Source of the DNA: Candidatus Latescibacterota bacterium
GTDB lineage: Bacteria > Latescibacterota > UBA2968 > GCA-2709665
Reading direction: 5' to 3'
NCBI GenBank assembly: GCA_965219455.1
Contig: OZ244744.1
Span: forward strand, 2,272,001-2,336,000
Length of the DNA: 64,000 nt
Position 1 is the first letter of the stretch. Every line of letters starts with the position of its first letter. Under the pieces are notes generated by a model. It saw only the letters and a list, made by a program, of their open reading frames with translations. It did no database searches and was not told the DNA's origin. Shown one piece after another: positions 58,504 to 64,000 of the stretch. Made by a program: the position numbers and the translations under genes.

Positions 58504-59244
58504 TTACAATTTACGGAAGATCACTCCCACGACCAACCCCGCGGCCAGCGCCACGACAACCGAGACAACGCCGTATAGACCCCCATGCTGGAAGGCGACG
58601 TCGGAAAGTACCCGGACGAGCCCTGTTTTCTCAACAGAAAACGTCCGAACGGTCTCCGAAACCGGACGGAGTTCGTTGAAACAGTATAGTGTAACGCGAT
58701 AGGCGCCGGGTCGAACGGTGGCCGGAATCCGGAAATCCGCTCGAAAATCGGCGAACGCGCCGTCTCCATCCGACAACGCAATCGATCCGGGCCGCACCGC
58801 GTAAAATCCACGCCGGGTTTCCAGGCGCAGGAACTCGTTGAACACGAAGCCGTCATCACCGGGAGGCGACTGTTCAATGGCGACGCTCCGCCGAAGCGCT
58901 TCAAACCCCTCCCCGACGGTTTCCAGCTGCAGCCCGACGTCCGGCGAATCGCTGGAGGAAGCAACCAGATACAGACCGGGGAGCGAGTCGAATACAACGC
59001 GGCCCGTACTTATCCATAGAGGACCGCGTCTGTCCCTTCTGCGATACGAAACGGCGCGCCGTTTCCCTTCCAGTTTCAAAACGACCCGGCAATCTTTCGG
59101 AACCCTCCCGGTCGCGACAAACCTTGCGCCCCGGAAAAAGAGGTCGACCTCAATGCGTGAAGGAAGTAGCTGGAGCGAGGGTTCCGCCGCGCAGGGCACG
59201 GACAGAAACGTCATGAAAATCCCGGCCCAGACCCGACAGGTCAT
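58504..59244 (-). CDS. TIGR02186-like membrane protein (TauE partner)
   Basis: IEVDLFFRG, RGPLWI, VEKTG, C-terminal TM LYGVVSV..AG; ATGA overlap with the tauE-like gene. Confidence 0.78.
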   Translation of the reverse strand: MTCRVWAGIFMTFLSVPCAAEPSLQLLPSRIEVDLFFRGARFVATGRVPKDCRVVLKLEGKRRAVSYRRRDRRGPLWISTGRVVFDSLPGLYLVASSSDSPDVGLQLETVGEGFEALRRSVAIEQSPPGDDGFVFNEFLRLETRRGFYAVRPGSIALSDGDGAFADFRADFRIPATVRPGAYRVTLYCFNELRPVSETVRTFSVEKTGLVRVLSDVAFQHGGLYGVVSVVVALAAGLVVGVIFRKL

Positions 59245-60233
59245 CCGCGCCCTCCCCAGTCGGTAAGCAGAATCGCCGGCTCCAACAGAAGATCCGCCAG
59301 CATTTTTCCCATCACCAGGAGCACAATCGCCGCCAGAAGCATCTTGAACTGCTGCGCCCCTAACCGCCTGCCAATCCGTACGCCCGCCTGGGTACCCAAC
59401 GTTGACCCCAAAAGCAGCATCAACGCCAGCACAAAATCCACGGTATGATTGGTATAGGCATGCATCAGGGTCACGTTGATGCATGTAAACATCACCTGCA
59501 ACAGGCTGGTTCCCACCACCACGGGCATGGGCATTTTAAGCACGTACAGCATGGTCGGCACCATGATAAACCCGCCGCCCACCCCCATAATCGCCGCCAG
59601 CATACCCACCAGGACTCCCAACCCCAGCGGAACCAGCAACGACATGGTCATGCCGGCCGTCTCGAACCGTATTTTCCACGGCAGCGCCCGGTTGAGCCCG
59701 ACGACCCAGGACGCCACCCGGGCCATCCTGTTCACCCATGCCAGCGGGCGTTTCGCCCAGGTGATTCGCAATTCCTCCCTGGACCGGTCCGCGGCCTTCA
59801 CCGTCTCTCCGTTACGCCGACTCAGCAGAACCTCCACAAACATAAAGCCACCCACGGACGCCAGCATGAGCACGTAGCTTACATGTATGGCAAGGTCCGC
59901 GCTGCCGGCGGCCCGCAGCACCTTGATAAGCTGCACACCGGCTGTACCACCCGAGAACCCACCCAGAATCAGAAAAAAGGCCATACGCAGGTCGACGTTT
60001 TTCAGCCGCCAGTGGGCGTATACGCCGGATGCGGACGCGGCCACGATCTGATTGGCGTCGGATGCCGCGGCAATCGTGGGCGGAATCCCGATCATGATTA
60101 ACAGCGGTGTTAACAGAAACCCGCCACCCACGCCGAAAAGACCGGAAAGCAAGCCCACGCCGGCGCCCAGCGTCAACAAGACCCATAGGTTGACGCTCGT
60201 GCCCGCAATAGGCAGATACAGAGAAAGATCCAC
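59241..60233 (-). CDS. Sulfite exporter TauE/SafE family protein
   Basis: LYLPIAG, GLFGVGGGFLLTP, MGVGGGFIMVP..VVVGTSL. Confidence 0.92.
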   Translation of the reverse strand: MDLSLYLPIAGTSVNLWVLLTLGAGVGLLSGLFGVGGGFLLTPLLIMIGIPPTIAAASDANQIVAASASGVYAHWRLKNVDLRMAFFLILGGFSGGTAGVQLIKVLRAAGSADLAIHVSYVLMLASVGGFMFVEVLLSRRNGETVKAADRSREELRITWAKRPLAWVNRMARVASWVVGLNRALPWKIRFETAGMTMSLLVPLGLGVLVGMLAAIMGVGGGFIMVPTMLYVLKMPMPVVVGTSLLQVMFTCINVTLMHAYTNHTVDFVLALMLLLGSTLGTQAGVRIGRRLGAQQFKMLLAAIVLLVMGKMLADLLLEPAILLTDWGGRG

Positions 60234-60676
60234 ACCGACCTCCTGAAATCCGCGCGTCGACCAGCGAAAACGCGACAGGTCTCATAATCTCCCACGCGGT
60301 GTGAAAAGTCAAGCGGAAACACCGGGTTCAACGTCCGCCCGAGAGACAGGGAACCTCGCCTTTACGGGGCGCAACTGGGGCGCGGAGGGCTGTCGTCGCC
60401 AATTCGCGTTTCTCCGGGCCGTCCCATTTTCACTTTCAAATTCAACCTTGTCGCCTTAGATTTCGATCCACGTGCCCTACAATGCGATCCGCCGAATTGC
60501 TCAGGGATCCGATGCCGAAACGCGTATGCCGTCTACCACAAATTCCAGTAACCGGCGGCCGGCATCCATCGGACGTTTCGGCCCGGCTACGGGAAACGAA
60601 AAGGCCGGGTACGGATTTTCCTCTTACCGGGGGTCATTCCACCCCACCTGACACTACATCGTAGAGGAGCGGATTT

Positions 60677-62353
60677 ATGCCCCGCCTGACCGGCGGCCGG
60701 TTTATCGCTGAGACGTTCCACGGACACGGTATCACCCATGTCTTTTTCATGCCCGTGATCGCGCCTCGCGCCCTGATGGAAATGGAACGGCTGGGTATCC
60801 GGCGCATCATGACCCATGGCGAAAAAAGCGCGGCCTATATGGCCGACGCCTATGCGCGCGTCCGGCGCGGCGCCGGCATCTGCATGGCCCAATCCGTGGG
60901 CGCAGCCAACCTCGCGGCCGGGCTTCAGGACGCGTACCTCGCGTGTTCTCCCGTCATCGCGATCACCGGGCGTCAGACACAGATCAACCGGCACCGGCAC
61001 GCGTACCAGGAAGTGGACCACGTTGCGCCCTTCGACGCGGTCACCAAGTACAACGTTCTGGTGGACCGACCCGAGCAGCTCCCCTATTTCCTCAGGCAGG
61101 CCTTCCGGGAAGCCACCACGGCGACGCCCGGGCCGGTTCATCTCGACATGGCGGGATTCATCGGCGAAGTCGTCGCGAACGCCGAGGCCGAACTGGATGT
61201 GGTCATTGAAGAACCCTTCACCCAACTGCCCCCCTTCCGCCCTGAGCCCGATCCCGAAGCCGTCCACAAGGCGGTCGATCTGCTGGCGGCGGCGGAACGA
61301 CCCATCGTGGTCGCCGGTGGCGGGATCATCGCCTCCGGCGCCAGCGCGGAGCTTCGGGCCTTTTCGGAAAAGCTCTCCATCCCCGTAGCGACTTCGTTGA
61401 ACGCCAAAGAGGCCTTCCCCTATGACCATCCCCTCGCCGTGGGCGTCTGCGGTTTATACTCCCGCGAGTGTGCCAACCGCGCCGTTTCCGAGGCGGACCT
61501 GGTCTTCTTTATCGGGAGCCACACCGGCGGACAGGTAACAAACGACTGGACCGTCCCCCCGGCCGGCACCCATGTCATACAACTCGACATCAACCCGGCT
61601 GAAATCGGACGCTCCTACCCGATCCGGCTTGGAATCCAGGCCGACGCGAAGGTCGGCCTGAGCCGTCTGATCGAAGCCGCGGCCGCATCCGTCACACGTA
61701 GCGCCTGGGCTTCGCGCGTCGGGCAACTCACCTCCGAATGGCGGGAGAGCGTGGCTCCGTTCGTCAACTCGGACGACGTTCCCATTCGACCCGAGCGGCT
61801 GTGCGGGGAACTGACCCGACACCTGCCCTCCGACGCCATTCTCGTTTCCGATACCGGCCACTCCGGCATCTGGACCGGTACCCTGATCGATCTCATACAT
61901 CCGGGTCAGTCCTATGTCAGATGTTCCGGCTCCCTCGGTTGGGGTATCCCCGCGGCCGTGGGCGCCCGGTGCGCCGCGCCGGATCGCCCGGTTGTGTGCT
62001 TTACGGGTGACGGCGGCATCTGGTATCACGTAACGGAACTGGACACGGCCGTCCGAAACGACGTTCCCGTTGTCATCGTGGTCAACAACAACCACTCGCT
62101 GAACCAGGAACAGGAACTCAACGAAGATATCTACGGAGGCCCGGAACCGGGTTCCGACGAACTCTGGCACATGACGGACGGCGACTTTGCGAAAATGGCG
62201 GAATCGATGGACTGCGTTGGCATTACGGTACGCCGGGCCGGGGAATTCGGGAGTGCCCTCGACCAGGCGGTTACATCGGGAAAAACCGCCGTTATCGACG
62301 TGAAAACCCATATCGAGGGAATCGCCCCGCCGGCGTGGTCTCCGCCGGCCTGA
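60677..62353 (+). CDS. Thiamine pyrophosphate-binding enzyme (acetolactate synthase-like)
   Basis: HGEKSAAYMADAYAR, PGPVHLD, GDGG..N TPP motif. Confidence 0.93.
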   Translation: MPRLTGGRFIAETFHGHGITHVFFMPVIAPRALMEMERLGIRRIMTHGEKSAAYMADAYARVRRGAGICMAQSVGAANLAAGLQDAYLACSPVIAITGRQTQINRHRHAYQEVDHVAPFDAVTKYNVLVDRPEQLPYFLRQAFREATTATPGPVHLDMAGFIGEVVANAEAELDVVIEEPFTQLPPFRPEPDPEAVHKAVDLLAAAERPIVVAGGGIIASGASAELRAFSEKLSIPVATSLNAKEAFPYDHPLAVGVCGLYSRECANRAVSEADLVFFIGSHTGGQVTNDWTVPPAGTHVIQLDINPAEIGRSYPIRLGIQADAKVGLSRLIEAAAASVTRSAWASRVGQLTSEWRESVAPFVNSDDVPIRPERLCGELTRHLPSDAILVSDTGHSGIWTGTLIDLIHPGQSYVRCSGSLGWGIPAAVGARCAAPDRPVVCFTGDGGIWYHVTELDTAVRNDVPVVIVVNNNHSLNQEQELNEDIYGGPEPGSDELWHMTDGDFAKMAESMDCVGITVRRAGEFGSALDQAVTSGKTAVIDVKTHIEGIAPPAWSPPA

Positions 62354-62448
62354 CACAGGTTCAGCGACGAGGCACGGCACGCCGAAGTGCTTTCAACGGA
62401 CTGATAGAGCCGGACGGACTCCGTCGGCGCCGGAAAGGGGATTAACCC

Positions 62449-63324
62449 ATGTCGTCCCCAATCGAAGGTGGTCTCAAACTCCTGGTCGTGGTCGCTCATC
62501 CGCACGATGTGTGCCACATGGGGGGTACCTGTGCGCACCACGTCGACCGCGGCGACCACGTCTCCGTGGTGGCGTTAACCGGCGGGCAGCGCACCCACAA
62601 CGAAAAACTGGCCGACGAACTGCGCAAGCCGCCCGACCGGAGAGACAGGAACGTCCTTGACGGATCGCGGGAGAATTATGCAAAGCGCAAAACACGCGAA
62701 TTCGTCAGTGCGTGCGCCGTCTTCGGCATCACCGACGTGACTGTGCTTCCGTTTTCGGATCATCCCTTCGAGGTCACCGGCGACGTGGTGTCGGCGCTTG
62801 CCGGGATTCTGTACGACGTCCGTCCTCAAATGATTCTGACCCATGCGCCTTACACCCTGCCGGACCGCCGCTGTCACTACGCATGGGTCAACGACCATAC
62901 CGCGGCCGGTATTGCCGTGCAAAAGGCGCTCAACGACGTGTCCATTCCCGACACCGAGCGGGGTCGCGCGCCTCACAGGGTGGCTTCCATCTACTATACG
63001 GGCGTCGACTACGGGTTCCACGAGGTCGACGTCTGTATCGATATCTCCGACCAGGTCGACAAGCGGGTAGAGGCCGAGACAATATTCGAATCCCAGGGGC
63101 ACACGGCGGAATTCGCGAGAAAGCGGATCGAGTCAAGCGCCGGATTTCAGGGGTGGAAGGCCAACATCGGCTACGCCGAGACCTTCATCCGCGGGTACAG
63201 GGAGATTTCACGGTGTCTATCCGTCACCGAGGAGAACCTCCGGCTCGCGGAGAGTTCACACGAGGAGCGCCTGCGCTGGATTACCGGCCAAGGCCCGCAT
63301 GATGGTGAGCAGGCTGTAAGTTAG
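62449..63324 (+). CDS. PIG-L/LmbE family deacetylase
   Basis: VVAHPHD..GGT, LTGG, RP..ILTH, NDH, FESQ, YAETF. Confidence 0.88.
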   Translation: MSSPIEGGLKLLVVVAHPHDVCHMGGTCAHHVDRGDHVSVVALTGGQRTHNEKLADELRKPPDRRDRNVLDGSRENYAKRKTREFVSACAVFGITDVTVLPFSDHPFEVTGDVVSALAGILYDVRPQMILTHAPYTLPDRRCHYAWVNDHTAAGIAVQKALNDVSIPDTERGRAPHRVASIYYTGVDYGFHEVDVCIDISDQVDKRVEAETIFESQGHTAEFARKRIESSAGFQGWKANIGYAETFIRGYREISRCLSVTEENLRLAESSHEERLRWITGQGPHDGEQAVS

Positions 63325-63460
63325 CAAAGACGGGCTGTATGGCGCGTTCCGGGCACGCGTGGATTGCTGTTGCCAATACACTCGGGATTCCACATATTCA
63401 CGCAACCGACGTGCGTTCATCACTTGCGTATCCCACAACCCGATGGCAAGGAAGGTCCTT

Positions 63461-64000
63461 ATGCATAGAGTCAATCGACGTTTCGCTGTATTATTAGGTT
63501 CCATCTGGCTCCTGACGCTCGCCTTTCCCGTCCTGGCCTTTGCGGAGGGAATGGCCCAGATGGAAACCGAAACGTTAAACAGTTGGATACAGACCAATCT
63601 TGCCGAACTGGACAGCCTCTTCGGAAACACGGTCGAACTCATGGGGACGGTCCTCTTCGCGTCGTTCGGCACGGGAATTCCGCTCATCGTGATGGTCCTT
63701 CTTCTGGGAGGTATCTATTATTCCTTTTTCTTCAGATGGTTATCCATAAAGGGGTTCCGCCACTCCATAGACATCATCCGCGGCCGCTTCGATAATCCCG
63801 ACGATCCCGGCGAAATCTCACATTTCCAGGCCCTCACCAGCGCGCTCTCGGCCACGGTCGGGCTCGGAAACATCGCAGGCGTGGCCATCGCCGTGAGCCT
63901 TGGCGGCCCCGGCGCGATATTCTGGATGCTCGTCACCGCGGTCTTCGGCATGTCCTCCAAACTCGCCTCCTGCACCCTGGCCATCATGTACAGGCAGATA
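63461..64000 (+). CDS. Alanine/glycine:cation symporter (AGCS family), runs off the window end
   Basis: Manually translated from ATG 63461: PGEISHFQALTSALSATVGLGNIAGVA..GGPGAIFWM. Confidence 0.92.
   Translation, partial: MHRVNRRFAVLLGSIWLLTLAFPVLAFAEGMAQMETETLNSWIQTNLAELDSLFGNTVELMGTVLFASFGTGIPLIVMVLLLGGIYYSFFFRWLSIKGFRHSIDIIRGRFDNPDDPGEISHFQALTSALSATVGLGNIAGVAIAVSLGGPGAIFWMLVTAVFGMSSKLASCTLAIMYRQI

Noticed and set aside
1-64000. CRISPR array, tRNA (including selC), rRNA or prophage
   Set aside because: No regularly spaced direct repeats, cloverleaf signatures or phage hallmark genes were seen by eye. The protein-level repeats in the redoxins and the propeller are too diverged at DNA level to be arrays.

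Overview
GC-rich (~60%) bacterial chromosomal window with about 50 CDS. The diderm gene content and catabolic richness suggest a Latescibacterota/FCB-like uncultured lineage, which is inference only. Housekeeping genes: DnaQ-DinG, a RelA/SpoT-like protein, smc, modBC, epmA, pepA, pyrE, mgtE, a LolA-like protein and an AGCS symporter. These are interleaved with catabolic enzymes, a YtrA-type GntR/ABC module followed by two duplicated repeat-containing TlpA-like redoxins, three tandem small outer-membrane barrels, and three AT-richer islets: an S41 peptidase with an IS256-like end, a type II R-M pair with a NYN nuclease, and a Fic toxin with a small partner. I saw no rRNA, tRNA or CRISPR array. 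Best leads: (1) an AbgB-like M20 amidohydrolase whose metal-bridging Cys codon is an in-frame UGA (GHG-U-GHNL) followed by a SECIS-like hairpin, making it a candidate selenoprotein; (2) a NYN RNase gene whose ~130-nt leader is overlapped by a ~75-nt antisense RNA with its own promoter and terminator; (3) a ~31-aa tandem repeat I do not recognise in the two redoxins; (4) an RSH enzyme with an intact hydrolase domain and a degenerate synthetase domain.
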